The position numbers and the translations under genes were made by a program. Under the pieces are notes generated by a model, which had not been told where the DNA came from, did no database searches, and saw only the letters and a program-made list of their open reading frames with translations. Shown here piece by piece: positions 11,784-26,709 of a stretch of 64,000 nt of DNA; the stretch's first letter is position 1; each line of letters opens with the position of its first letter. Source of the stretch: Octopus vulgaris (Eukaryota); assembly GCA_951406725.2 (NCBI GenBank), contig OX597826.1, forward strand, positions 45,136,001 to 45,200,000. Direction: 5' to 3'.

Positions 11784-12855
11784 TGTGTGTGTGTGTGTGT
11801 GTGTGTGCGTGTATACGTGTGTGTGTTGATGTATGTGTGTGTTTAATAACGTAGGAAACGGGCGCGCAAACACACAGACACACAGACACATAAACGCTCA
11901 TATACAAAATGTGACGATACACACACATACGCTCTCACATACAGTCACATATATATAGTAAGAGAGACACATACAGACATGCATTCACAGATGTCAGTCC
12001 TCACATATGTATATGTATGTGTAGATGTGTGTGTGTGTGTGTTTAATAACGTGCATAACACGGAAACACACATACACACTCTTATACATTCATACACATA
12101 CACTAACAGACACAAACAGACTCATATATGTGATGATAACCGTCGTCGTGGTACGAAATGTCCTTTACTATCTCGTACGTATTGAAAACACAAACACACA
12201 CTCACAGACACATACACACTCATATAAAATGTCTTGTGCTATTGTTGACCATAGAAAGATTATGTATATGAAATGTATTGTTTTAATCGAAATGAAAAAA
12301 GGACAAGTTGACAGTCGTGGGATGTAATACTATATAGTAGGAGAGATACACACACGCATACATTCACGCATGTCAGTCATCACATGTATATATATGTGTG
12401 TGTGTGTCTATGTTGAATAACGTACCTAACGCGGAAACAAACACACACACTCAGACACATACACACTCATACACTCACACACACATAGATGCATATACAA
12501 AATGTGACGTTGTCGTTGAACGCGGAAACACACACTGCCAGACAGACGCACACTCATATGCTCACACACTTGCAGACACATGCACACTAATGCACACTAA
12601 TATATACACTGACAGACAGACACATACACACTCATGTACAAAACGTGACGTTGTCGTCGTCGACGTGCTATAAAATGTCTTGCACTATATTTCACTATAG
12701 AAAGTTTATTTCTATAAAATATTATATTGCTATATTTAAAGGAAAAAAATTACATGTTGACAGTTGTGGGGTGTTTACCTAGTAAAATTTGATTTGATTT
12801 GATGGAGCCGTTTGAGAGTGCATTAGGAACAGACAGAGAGAGAGATACATGGAAA

Positions 12856-12926
<71 letters not shown>

Positions 12927-13759
12927 AGCACATGTATTAAATGTTAATTTAAGGGTTAATATGTAACTGTAAATACCTTGCAACCTTGCAACTGCTCCGA
13001 TAATTATTCACTGGTAATTGAAATGTAAATGTGTAAACTAAAATGATCTTAGTCTTATCACATTAAAATTCAAAGTGAAAGAATTAAAGTGAAACAGTAT
13101 TATAGTTCTATCACATTAGAATGAAAAGTGAATGAATAAAAGTGAAACAGTATTATATCACATTACAATATAGATGTTATTATTTCACTTTTGACGCGTA
13201 ATTTCGAGCACATACGATACTTTTTTGTACAATTCCCTGACACAATATTTCATTCTGAAGAAAACAGTCAACTCGAGACTAGAGTAGAAAATTTCCGCTC
13301 TGTAACATACAACCTATATCCAAGGGACTACCTCATAACTACACATGTTATACGTTTATATATATATATATATATATATAAACATATATATATATATAAG
13401 CAACAAAGATATCCAGAGGTAATGCAGTACGATCATTTCATGCGACTCCATTTAATTGAACAATGCAATCATTTCATTACATCAATTTAAAATGTATAGC
13501 AATCTTCAGTTGCACAAAGACATATAATTTAATTAAATTAGAACAGTTATATTAGATCGAGTGTAGAAATCACACTGCATATTGAACTCACCAATCTGGA
13601 ATATGTATGCTCTGTATTTCTCAGTGTGCTCGCACGCACGTGCGTGTTTATGTGTGTGTGAGCGCGAAGGTGTCTGACTGTAAAAGTGTAAAATGCAAGA
13701 TGTGAAACGTAGAAGTCTATTAGCTAACCAACTACAAAAAAATCTCGATATTTTTGCTT

Positions 13760-14075
13760 TCATCGTGTCATTAAAATTTGCTTGAAGAAATTAGGTAATA
13801 TGTCTTCATTTGTCGCGAAGTTCTGACCTGTTGTTTTAATAACTTTTAGGCGTCGTAAATTTATATGTAACGCAAAAGTCTTATTCGTGATACAGAGGCT
13901 GCACATCTTGGAGCTGTTGGTGTATGCTTTTGTTTTGGTTTCCTTGTCTTTCAATTTCCATATATTATAGTTTGAAAGGTCCATGACGTTTCTCTTTTCT
14001 TCGTCTTGGAAAGATGAAGTATTATTGTAATATTAGATTTTCAATTTTCTCCTCAAGATTAATAGTCTTTGAATA
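13760..14075 (-). pseudogene. Penelope-like GIY-YIG endonuclease C-terminal fragment
   Basis: YYNNTSSFQDEEKRNVMDLSNYNIWKLKDK..AYTNSSKMCSLCITNK fits the H.SSFR..K..TxLSKYIWxLK..CxLC..EK pattern. Confidence 0.75.
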
Positions 14076-15369
14076 ACGAAACTACACAATTTATCATACA
14101 CGTTGAAGAACGTTCCAATACTAACAATCTATCATTACATGAAGTTGTCAAACGAAGGAAGTGGATTATTATTTCTACGATACCAACGGAAAGGAGTTAC
14201 CAACCCTGAATAGTTTAGATACAAGAACATGCAATTGGTTACCACGCACTAATGATCGTGAAAAAAGTCCCTCTGATTTTGAAGTATTGGAAACGACTAT
14301 TAAAGTACATATTTCTAAGTACCATAGTATTGTCCAATATAAGCTAAATCCTAGCATTATAAACGCTAACAATTCTACACTTTCTCATAGATTAAAAAAA
14401 AACGTGTGAGTTAGATAAGGACATTTATGCCAAGGAGCTATATAATTCTTCCTAATTTTTGCACAAAGCCAACGACTACAGCCACCTAATTTCTTAACGA
14501 GACTTATTTCATTCACTCCGAAATGATGAAACGCACACTTGACCGTAGCGGAATTGGAACTCGGAATTTTCACTAAGTATTTTGATCAATATGCTAACAA
14601 TTTTCGCAGCTCACCGCTATAAACTCCTATATAATAATACCAAGCAATATCACACAAAACTATTGGAAAGTCAATAATGATGGCAAAAGGAAGCCAAAGA
14701 TATTAAAACGAAATTAAAACTAGACGTACGTATATAATGTTTAGCCAAGTGAGAAGCTTGTGCCACGTGAAAAGATTACAAAGTGAACTCCAGTTTCAAT
14801 CCAAAAGGTAGATTAAACAACGAAGCCAAGAATGAAATCAGATTAGTAAATGCATTTTCCATATTATATTGTCAAAATCCGGAAAGCTCCAAATTTCGTG
14901 AATCAATGGATTATAGCACCAGCATAGTTCAAGAGTATTGGCAACGAAAGTAATTGTAGGCTTACTAATTCAATATTTTGAGCGTTAACTTTCAATTCTA
15001 AAATCATTGCTGTTCAGCGCTTTAGTGTCTACCGTGAAGTACTGTACTTTCAAAGATAACAGAAATGAGGATGTGTGCATGAATAAGTTTGGCTTTTGTA
15101 TTTGAAACAAATGATTGCTCTGTCATATGAAAAATCAATATTTTAAATATTAAAAAATGCAAAGGGCTCAGAGTGTTCAGATGGGTTAGAACCATTGCAT
15201 CATTTCAGCTGTAAAAATTAGATACATGCAAGAACGATTTGACTGCTGCTGCGCATTGGACGGCTTTAGAACTAAGACATCCACGATTATGAAGAATGCA
15301 AATTCTTTAGTTGTAACTTCGAATCTTAGAGATAATTAGATTGCAAAGAGAACGTAAGACTTTCCCTAA

Positions 15370-16590
15370 CTGGTGTTCGGGCTAAATTTGACGTATTGCA
15401 TCAAAGGAAAAGAAAACACGATATCCCTACAAAAAATAAAAGTTGTTTTTTAAAAAGACAAATAGAAATCAAGCAGATTATGGCTGGGAGATAACAGTCT
15501 ACTCACAGTTTACTTTTACCAGGGCCTCAAGCCGGGTCCGAAACCTGACGCATGCGTTCTTCACAACATCTCAGGGAAGATCATCCAATACCTCATTCAT
15601 CTTGGCCATCAGCATGACCTTAGACTTGCAGGCAGGTCGGTTTGTGTGTTTCTTAACCGCATCTCATATAGTAACCCAAGGGATAATTAGGAAGCCGGAA
15701 ATTTGGGCTGGTAAAGTCGTAGAAGTTCTCTGATAATCACCTCTTAGTCTTTCTAGAGATATGTCAAGGAGCCGTATCCTCCTGTCACACGTAAGGCCTT
15801 CCAGCAGCATTCCTCTCCAAGCAGATTTTGAACTCGGTCTCCAGTAGCTTCACATAGCCGCTTGAATTGAGTGCATATCACCCTCACTGAAGTCACACTC
15901 AAAGACCGTCACAGTTTGGGGTAACTTGGTTTTCATGACATGTAGCACATGACATAAACTGTACGCGTCATCTATTTTTTGGGGAGTTGTACATCTATTC
16001 CAGGCAGAAATTCTTTTCATCTAAGAAGGACTAGATCATCCCCAACTCAACAAGATGCCTTGACCATTTCAAGAGCTTGTTTGCCTTCATAAAGCGGTTC
16101 TCCTTTGTCTTGCATGTAAGAATTTTTTCATTGCGCTTCTTGTACGTGTAGTGGCGAAGGCCTTCAATTTGAGCCAGCTTCATGATGAAAATTCCAAGAC
16201 CATCTTGCCAAACTCTGGATTTACTTACTCTGCTCGAATCTTCCATCATCATGTCCTAAACTTGCTGGATGACATCCGGCATGTGGACACAGTCAGAACT
16301 CGTGCTGTGCTCCTTCTTGCTGGTCACGGCATCGTAGTCTTCATTGCAGCCGCCCATGTCACATCTAACAGTTTTTACAGTGTAAACAGAGCAGAGAGTA
16401 TCAGTCATGATGTCTGCATTTTAATACCCAGTGCGAATAATCATGCTACGTGTAACTCTATTCCAATATTCAGATGGCTTCCAACGTTAATCTTTATGAT
16501 CTCTAACACCGTTGACTGTTCACCAAGGCATCAATATATTCCTAAACAAAGGAGACATAGATATCATCATATTTAACCCGAACAGCCTCG
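15370..16590 (-). mobile_element. decayed IS630-Tc1-mariner transposon, DD37D/maT-like, with both TIRs
   Basis: TIRs GTGTTCGGGCTAAATTTGA / reverse complement CTGTTCGGGTTAAATATGA. Minus-strand remnants FLDEKNFC, QDTAP*HISRKTK, LSENFYDFTSPNF, VKNACVRFRTRLEALV. Confidence 0.8.
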
Positions 16591-16824
16591 AATGCAAAAT
16601 TTAATTTGACCTACAGACAAGCATGGAAAATTTCCATATCGACAAACTGAACACACACTCACGCAGGCCCTTCCTCTCTCTGTCTTTCTCTCTCTCTCTT
16701 TCTCTCTCTCGCAGTATATGGTACCACTATTGCTAGAAATAAGAATCAAAACGACTCATTAGCCACAGAAACACTATATAAATAAATTGGCAAGGCAGAC
16801 AACGCTCCCTACGGTCGTAGAAAT

Positions 16825-16877
16825 AGCCATATCACGTGATTTCGAATTTGATAAAGAGTATCTTGTCGTCAGTAGCT
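16825..16877 (-). ncRNA. type I hammerhead ribozyme motif (left arm, stem II damaged)
   Basis: AGCUA-CUGACGA-caaGAUAcucuuUAUCaaauuc-GAAA-UCACGUGA-UA-UGGCU. Confidence 0.65.
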
Positions 16878-17109
16878 CTTATTGCTCGTAGGGTTAAGCT
16901 CAACTCGCCTTGTCAATACTGCTACCACTTTGTACCCTCTGTGTATTTAGTGACGTCTATAAATTTGCCTTTAGGTATTTAAATTACTAATATGGTACCC
17001 ACATTATTCATAATTTACTCTTCAACGGTCTTTGAAATCAGCACATATTTTCAATGACTTTTTTTATGAGTTGACGATGCAAGTTGAGATTAACCCTAGG
17101 TGCAGTAAG

Positions 17110-17167
17110 AGCCACTGACGAGAATTAAGATGAACTTCATCCAAATGTGAAATCCCGTGATATGGCT
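17110..17167 (+). ncRNA. type I hammerhead ribozyme motif (right arm)
   Basis: AGCCA-CUGACGA-gaauuaaGAUGAAcUUCAUCcaaaugu-GAAA-UCCCGUGA-UA-UGGCU, with intact core and perfect 5-bp stem I. Confidence 0.75.
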
Positions 17168-19079
17168 ATATCTGCGACCGTAGGGAGCTTTGTCTCCCTA
17201 TTCAACTTACTAAAATAGTGTTTCTGTGGCTAATGAGTTGTTTTGACTCTTATTTCTAGCAATGCTAGTACCACTTCGTACCTCTGTCATTTTAGTGACT
17301 CTATACTTATACACATACGCACACACACACAAACTCACACACACATATATATATATATATTCATACATATTTGCATAATGCGTGTATGTATGTATTTTGT
17401 TTTTGTGGTATAACGTAAATATACCCAACACAATGTGTTTTAAACTTGTGTAGAGTCTCTTATATGTTTATCTATATGAACACAGTATAATTTTTTTTAA
17501 ATGATTGGCATAGTAATTAAGTGCACTCTCTGCATTTTCAAATGTTAGCTTCATCACTGAATTCATCATTCATTTACTATGTAAGGAGAATTATATTTGA
17601 AATTCTTGTGAAAGAAGCTAGCGATACCCCTATTGTTCTATATTAGTTCACTTATTTTTCCACCCTTAGAAATGCAGAAGTATGGTTACTGATGTAAAAT
17701 CTAGCTGAGAGAATTCAGATTAATTCTTAAAACAGTAAATATCACATCTGTGTCTTAATTGCCAAACATACTTGGAAAGTACAGCGGTGTTTTCTCTGTA
17801 TGAACCACTATGCTTGTGCATATGGATTTTGAATATGTACTATATAAGGGTTATGGACATCGATGATATATTGACAATGGAGACATCGACAAGGTTATAC
17901 AATTCCTTTTTTCTAGGGATTTCATCAAGGCTATATTCTCTGGTAATTGCATATCGAATCTTCTCACTTCACGTTTGTTTGCGATATGTTTATACCAGAA
18001 TTAGTACATAGAATCACGAAAAAAATGCCCTAAAGCACGCTCTTTCACACAAAATTAATATTGAGTAAAAGGCAATAAATTTATCCTCTGGCGATGAGAA
18101 AGAAACAGACCTCTATCACGATCGGTAACATAGACGTGCATCTGTATGTACGAGTCCCCTTTTGTGTTCTGCCTCTATGCTTATGTGTTGTATGTGTTTT
18201 CTTTCTCTATGTTAGTCACATTTGGCAGATGTTCTACTTCACATTCAAACAAACACACATATGAGTGTGTGTGTATGTCTGTGTGTATGTCAGTGTGTCC
18301 GTGTCCGGGAGGGGGTTTGTGTGTATGCCTGTGTGTATATATTTAGTGACAGTACAGTGCCAATCTCAAAGCCATTATACTCCGACCGTTAGTAATAAGC
18401 TATCAACTAATCTTTCCTATACATTCTAATGGGAGTTATAATCAATAAGCTTAACAACATAGGTCAGAACCACTTTATTTGTTTTGCCTCGGAAAATTAT
18501 AGCTGAAACATCACAGACCTAAACAAATATCACCAAAATGAAGGACTGCCAACATATTAACTCCAAATTAAGCTCATCGATAAAACAGACACTAATGTCT
18601 CCGATAAGAATTCAATCTCTGTTTCTGGTTATATTCTTTTAAATTTTTTTTACTGTTGTTATTTTCTTTCCCTTGAAATTGTCGCCACATGATTACATTT
18701 GTAATAGAAATGAAAATATTTCTGGGACCAAATCGAAAGTATTGATTCTATATATTGGCATGATTGTAGTACGGGCTTAGGCTTATTGAATCAATTCGGT
18801 ATATCAGTAGTAGTTGATTAGTAATCATGGCAGGAGATTAGCAGAGTCGGTTGAGTGTTGAACGGAATGCCTCACGGGATATATTGGTGATTCTTTGAAC
18901 TTTGAGTTCAAATTTCGCCGGGGCCAACCTCTCTGTCTTTCATCATTTCGCAGTCAATGAAAATAAGAAACTATCCAGAACAGTATCATTGAAAATTTGA
19001 CTCGATGTCTTGCGGTATTTGTTTTGAATTTTGCATCACGAGTTCAAGTACCAGTATGGTCTACTTGGGTAGTAGACTT

Positions 19080-19950
19080 AATCCTTCATCTGGTACTTGT
19101 TGTAGTTTAAGTGGCATCCACTTTGTTGTAAGTATCAGGGCCAAGTCTCTGGTTTAGGGATATCTTCCGCTTACATTATTCTCAATATCGGTGACCTGTA
19201 AAGGCTCATCAGTGCTGACTTTCGACTAAAAAATAAAAATAATATGATTTAAATCTTAGCAGATAGAAGAGATGGTTACCTTCCTTGGTGAATTTTGGAG
19301 TCGGAATATAAAGGTATTGAACAGGAATCAACAATCATTTACTCCAGAGCACTAAAGCTTTCTGTGATTCAATTGACATTTTGCTCAGAAATATTAGGTG
19401 TGGTTAAAATAATAGAGGTTCCAAGAAACAGCTCACAGATGCTCTGAGATACTTTTCTGTAGTCTTAGATTATTTTTGAGTCTTTCAACATCAGAAACCC
19501 TCGCCCAGTCGATTCAGCTAGAATTGATCAAGTATCAGTTTGCATCTCTATAGCAGCGAAGAACCGGTCAGCATGTTTTGTAACGAAATAGTGGCCTGTT
19601 CTTGAGCTTCAATGGTGGAATTTATTTCCCCATTCTTCTTTGCTACTCCAGTCAGTGAAAGAACCGAAAGAGATAAACTGTAATGGCACAATGATGACTT
19701 CAAAATAACATTTTTATATTCCTTGAAAATCGCAACAGACATACGCAGAATCAAAGGTATGTGGTATATGATTTCTAGGCATAGCATTGGAGCACTAATT
19801 TAGAGGTGCTGCATCGTTGGTAGCATCAAAGTACTGGGGTTCTAGTCTGGCTATAGTACTTCCAAAAATATCTTCATAATTGTGTATTGAGTCCTTTAGA
19901 TGTTAAGTCGATGACCTAATTTCAAGGAACTGTACCTAACGAATACCAGT
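19080..19950 (-). pseudogene. highly decayed Penelope-like ORF remnant
   Basis: Minus strand near 19270-19325 reads CSIP..RL-KIH-KEGNHL across frameshifts, resembling GLPKIHKEGNPLRP. Confidence 0.45.
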
Positions 19951-20412
19951 CGTCTTTGAATAATTCAGATTCTGTTCGAAGGTGAGAATTATGATACATT
20001 TATCAACATTGGAAACTGAATTCTGGTATAATAACAAACATTTTTGTAATACAGATTTGGGTATTAATGCCAGTAAGAATAGTTTGTCCATCGATCTCAT
20101 AATTCATATATTTACATAATAAAAAATAACTTATTTTACCGATGAAAAATATTCTTGATTTGCTCCGCAAAACTTTAACAAGGAGAGGTTTATGTTCACT
20201 AAACCAGAATTTATATTTTTTATTCGCTTGTATCTACCAATGAGATTTAAATTAAAAATCTAGTACACTTCTAAAACACTACACACACAAACACACGCAG
20301 GCACACACACTCACACACACACTCACACACAAATGTATATACATGTATATATATATATAGGTATGGATATGTGTGTATACATATACGCATATATGTATAT
20401 ATATCTACATAT

Positions 20413-20477
<65 letters not shown>

Positions 20478-21319
20478 CACACACACATATATGTAGATAT
20501 ATACACACATATACACATGAATATACATATGTATGTGTATGTATATTCCATAAACTATTAACTACCTTCCCGATATGTAATGCTATCACCAGACAAACAC
20601 TGATATACTCTGTAAGCTATCACTCGAGTGATTCATGTAACACTATCAAATATCATCTGGTGCATATTTTTATACTTTGTTGAAACTATCACACAAAATA
20701 TATGGACGAACACAAAGGTTTCGTGTGATCGATGTAATGTGCAACGGAGTGTAGAGGACATAAGCTTCTGGCGTGTAAAATCGATTCTCGGATTATAACT
20801 TTAATGCCTTTGAAAAGGGTATGAAGGTCACAAAATCGCATTCTCATCTCTTAAAATATGTGGCATTTTGTCTACATAAGATATCATAAATATGTCTTTT
20901 TTCTTTTTTTGCTTGCTTTTTTTAAAATAAATTTATGATTAACTAATGTACTTAGTGTATATTCCATACATACCGAGACAAGCTCAAGTGATGAGTCTCA
21001 TTTGTTAAACATAATTATTCTATATGTTTAGTTTGGGTTTGACTCCTTGCCATGCACTATTTTGGGTCCTTGAGTCTATCTGTCATCCGGATTAACACCA
21101 TTCTTTTGCCCTATAGACTCATTACCGAAATCCACTTACATGCAAGCATTCAGTTTAATTTCTGGCGATATCTTCTCCGCATTATTCTTGAAGCCATTGA
21201 AAAATTGTATGGCTTCTACTCTGTATTTCCTTACTAAAACATCGGGAAACAATTTCAGATTCATTGAACGTGTGCGTGTTTACTCGTTTTGTATCCGAAA
21301 TGAAATTTTAAAAGCTTTT

Positions 21320-21520
21320 TAGAATATTGCCCCAATCAATCACTACTATTTGTTTAAACACTCTTCATGTCCATTGGAACGTTTTCGCATGCGTCGATGC
21401 AAATTTTTAATATCTGTTTCAGATTTAGGCATAAAGCTGATAGTTTCAGACCCGAAACAAATGCTGCAAAGCACTTCTTTCGATGTTCTAACAAGTCTGC
21501 CAAGCCATTGCTCTATACTT
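21320..21520 (-). pseudogene. possible decayed mariner transposase C-terminus
   Basis: QHLFRV (resembles YHLFRSL) and FAS..VIDWGN remnants. Weak. Confidence 0.3.
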
Positions 21521-22269
21521 TGAAGTAATTTTAAACGAAAAAACTAAGGAGTTTTATTACTTATAATCTAGCAGTAATAAGCTAACTGTTTTAAAAGCCA
21601 ACTCTGTGGGTAGCATCCGTGGTTAAACAGCAGTCTAAAAATAGAAGCCAAATGTCCTTTAAATCATACTCAACCATTTTAAATGATAACGTGTTTGATA
21701 ATTAGTTCCTGTTTATGCAAAAAGACAATGCTATCTTGCCTGCAACGTCTCTGATCATCTGCAATATATTTTGCTCGTTGGCATTTTTCAGAGGGGAACG
21801 TAGTACTTATGACCCTTCCGAATATGAAGGAAGAAGAAAAGTATCCTCAAGTCAGAAACCTAACCTGAATGCTAACAAGAGAGTGAACCCTGCTAAAAGT
21901 ACAGAAGGTACTATGTCTAATTAAGTCTACAATCAAGCTGATCTGAACATCGCAAAGATCCAGAATTAATATTGCAAGGAAAACAAACTTACGATCATAC
22001 AGTTCGGTTAATCCATCCTCCTACACTAGTATATTATCTCAACCGCACAAAGGTGAAATGTAAATTTGAGCCCAGTGAAATTTTAACTTGAAACGTAGAG
22101 CCATGTAACAAATGCAAAGGCATTTTATCCGATGTTTTTACGACTCTACCAATTCGCTGCTAGTTGTTCGCGATCAACATTAAACAACAAAAGCAACAAC
22201 TTATATGTTTGCCTTTAAAGAATTGTTATATTTCGGTACGCCAAAATACAAGTCACTACAGGGAGCAGC

Positions 22270-22425
22270 AGATATACATACATATATACATACATACATA
22301 CACGTACACATATATATATATGTACATATATGTATATATATGTATATATATCATATATATATATATATGTATATATATGTATGTATGTATATATATGTAT
22401 ATATATATATATATATATCTATATC

Positions 22426-22456
<31 letters not shown>

Positions 22457-22473
22457 TTATATATGTATGTATA

Positions 22474-22542
<69 letters not shown>

Positions 22543-22687
22543 ATTTATATACATATATATATATATATTTATATATACATATATATATATATAAGTGTGT
22601 GTGTGTATTTATATACATATATATATATATATACACACACATATATAAATTGAAATATATATATATGTGTGTGTATTTATATGCATA

Positions 22688-22730
<43 letters not shown>
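22270..22730. repeat. long imperfect (TA)n microsatellite field
   Basis: Directly visible. Confidence 0.95.
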
Positions 22731-23400
<670 letters not shown>

Positions 23401-23603
23401 TACAGGTCTGGTAACAGTAAGATATAAAGACATTCCGACACGTAAGGTAAACCAATTATGTTAAATCTAATGAAATTAAAGGCAAAGAAGTGTTCACTGA
23501 ATAAATAGCGATTCATGATGATAGAAGGAATAACGTTTATTTCAGCCTGCTATCTACGTATCTTGTGTGTGTGTGTCTATATATCTATATATATGTATGT
23601 ATG

Positions 23604-23685
<82 letters not shown>

Positions 23686-23884
23686 CATATGGTGGGGTAC
23701 GTGTTGATGGGTGTGCGATTGTAGGTATTTATATGTATAAAAGTATCGAATTGAAGTAATTTTCATTGTAGTGTCTGCAGTCCTCTTCAGTTCCACGTGC
23801 ACTCTTCACACCGCACACTTCTTTTTCGGTCGGAAAGGTGTCCGTTTCTTCACTTATAATTACTTCCTTTTCTCACATAAATAT

Positions 23885-24120
23885 GGATTCCAAACTTTGG
23901 CACAAGGCCAACAGTTTGGAACGAGGGGGAGAAGTCGATTACATTGTCCCCCACCACACATACGCACACACAGCGCTCAACTGGTACTTCTCTTTATATC
24001 GATCCCGAAAAGTTGAAAGGCAAAGTCGACCTCAGCAGTATTTGAACTTGGAGCACAAAGACAGACGAGATGCTACTAAGCATTTTCCCAGGCATGCTAA
24101 CAATTCCACCTGCTCACAGC
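23885..24120 (-). mobile_element. family D SINE
   Basis: TGAAAGGCAAAGTCGACCTC.GC.GTATTTGAACT..AAGCATTTT. Confidence 0.8.
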
Positions 24121-26091
24121 CTTTATTGTGAAGAATATTAAATTTTTACGTGCCCAAAAATATTAATATAAATCATAACGAGGCAGCGAATTGACTGATT
24201 CATTAGAACCTCGGTAGGAATGTTGTGGTAATCCTAAATCTTTGAACTCTGAGATCGAAACCTATGGAGAGCAAATTTGCCATTCAGCCATTCGTACCAT
24301 TTGAGGATGATAGATTTGTGGAATAGTAAGAATGTTGGACGGGATACTTTGCAGTATATTATCTGGATGCCTGCGCTTTGTGTCAGATTCCGCCTGGGTA
24401 TATAAAAAAACCTTAAAAGACACACTCGCACGCTCGCCGATCGAGAGGGTTAGCATGATGAATAAATGAAAATTCTTGAAATATAGGTCAGCACCAAATA
24501 AATAGTAGAGTGCGAGGGTCTCCTCTAGCTGTGGAGACATATGTTCTAATAAAGGAATATTAGATTTTTAATGAACAGATGTTAAATCCACTTATCAAGA
24601 TCCGTTTAATATTACTATCCTAACGAAATCAATTTAAGCATAAAACCTTCAGTGAAATATTATGTAGCCATTTGGTGATTAATTCTGAAGTATAAAACAT
24701 TAAAAGACATACATCCTCAGCTATATTTCTTTTCATTTGATTCAGCATTCTTATTTTGTGCCGATCACAAATTAATGATTTATTTTTCAGAGTTGATAGT
24801 ATTTATCTTTTTGAAATTTGTGAGTTCCAAGTTAAATTACACTATCTAAGGTTTCGTTTCATTAATTAACATAGATGATTAGTTGACTCGATTTTGGTAA
24901 TTCTTTTTGTTGGTCCATAAAATTTATTTTGTCAACTAGTCGCCCATGAAGATTATTATAACCCGACAAATTGAGGTCTTGGTCTTTGCCATTAAATTCA
25001 ATAATATTACTAGGAGGGACAAACTATTGGAGATACCTCATAGAAAAATGGTTTTATCGGCAAATATTATGAAGCATCAAGGAAATAATAATTCAACAAT
25101 TGACAACACTCATAATCTAATAAGCAAAGTAATAGCTGGAATATGTCATATTCCTTTGATTAACGAGGTGTTATTTTTCTCTTTATCTGGTTGAATTTAA
25201 ATATAATTTTCAAGAAAATTCCATTGTAAGAATGCTATTGTTTACACCATAAAATCTTAGAGTTGTCAAAAAGATGCAAGAAATACGAAAAGAAAATGAA
25301 ATAACGCAAGAAGCGAATGAATATGCTAGAACCTTCTGTTTATTACTGACAAGAAGCGGTCATGTTAGATGGGGGGAAATATGTTTAAAACACAAGGAAT
25401 GCAAAACGTTATCAAAGCTGTATACAGAACATGATGGCTTGCTATAAAACTTTGATCTGCCAACGATATTTTATAGGATAAGCAGAAAATGGTCTTAAAA
25501 AGATTTTATGATATCTAAAAGGGATACTAACATTCTAGTAAACAATTTATGGCTAAAGGAAAACTCATAGATAAAAGCCCTTGTGTTACGGCATTATCTC
25601 CGAATCAGCTTATTGATATTCGAAAAGATTAAAGAAAATTGGTTCATTCAATTCTTTTATGCTTGCATTATACATACATTCTATAAGCAAGCATCTAGCG
25701 AGAAGGAGAAAAGCAAACATAAGAAGAGGGAAAGAAAAGGCAAGAACGGAGAAGAGCTTCGGCAAATGTGATTTGGCAAATGTGCTTGCGTGCTTGTGTG
25801 TGTGTGTGTGTATTTGTGTGCGTGTGTGTGTGTGTGTGTGCGTGTGTGTGTTGTAACCAAGTAATTCTATCCTATCAAAGAACTACAAGGGGGTTTTGAC
25901 GTTTTGAAATCGAATTCTCTTAAAATTGCGTACTGGTCGGTAGTTGGGACTTGTTCTTAATTTATTGGTCAGTCAATACCACTCGTCGATTTATCAGGAA
26001 AGGATCTGAGGGAGCATAACGCAGGAACCTGTAAGATATCTGCTTTTATTCCTCACTTCAACTCATCCGATTGAAGTTTTAGGATACCCTT

Positions 26092-26275
26092 TTACTTGTT
26101 TCTGTTACTAGACTGCGGCCATGCTGGAGTACCACGTTATCGGCTGACTCGAAAAGAAAACAACAGACCCCAATATTTGCTTTAACCCTGCTTCTTATTC
26201 TAAGACTCTCTTTTGCCGAAGCGGTAAATTATTGTGATTTAAACAAACCAACACCGATTTCCACGCGTTGTTAGG
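26092..26275 (-). mobile_element. family C SINE 3' part
   Basis: TTTTACTTGTTTC..GACTGCGGCCATGCTGGAG..TTTTGCCGAA. Confidence 0.7.
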
Positions 26276-26378
26276 ATATGCACATACACTCGCACAAACA
26301 CACACATATACTATACATATAATATATTTATATATCCATGCATACATACATATGTGCACACACACACACACACACACA

Positions 26379-26594
26379 TGAAGACGTGCTGAAAAGTTCT
26401 TGGCTTTGGGTAAAAGAAAATGCAAGAGGATCAGTTAATTATGATTTTATTCAACATATTCTCCTCCCAGATTCACACGCTTATTGCAGCGTCCTTCAGT
26501 TTTTCCAAGCCCTGTAAAATAATTCGGAAGTTTGGTCCTCCAACCAGGCCTTTTGCGATAACCTTAAAGTCAAGAACTTTCCAACACCCTCTCG
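26379..26594. mobile_element. mariner-type MITE (about 216 bp)
   Basis: TIRs GTGCTGAAAAGTTCTTGGCTTT / AAAGTCAAGAACTTTCCAACACCCTCTCG, followed by TA. Confidence 0.8.
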
Positions 26595-26709
26595 TATATG
26601 CGTGTAATATATATATATATATATATATACATACATAAATATATATATATATGTGTGTGTGCGTGTGTGTATATGTATATATATATATACACACACACAC
26701 ACAAACACT

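Larger units (their letters stand above)
10860..12923 (-). mobile_element. 5' portion of an autonomous Helitron (5' terminus, long repeat-rich leader, RepHel N-terminus)
   Basis: Minus-strand 5' end TCTCT..(AT)n..CTGTCTGTTCCTAATGCACTCTCAAACGGCT..AAATTT is typical of Helitron starts. Coding remnant lies downstream (next feature). Confidence 0.65.
16719..17275. repeat. diverged inverted repeat (arms about 16719-16916 and 17071-17275)
   Basis: TTGCTAGAAATAAGAATCAAAACGACTCATTAGCCACAGAAACACTAT versus ATAGTGTTTCTGTGGCTAATGAGTTGTTTTGACTCTTATTTCTAGCAA, and further matching blocks. Confidence 0.92.

Noticed and set aside
13255-13300. CTGAAGA..AGTC/GACT..GAAA
   Set aside because: Stem II is not adjacent to the cores and there is no stem I. 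Likely chance.
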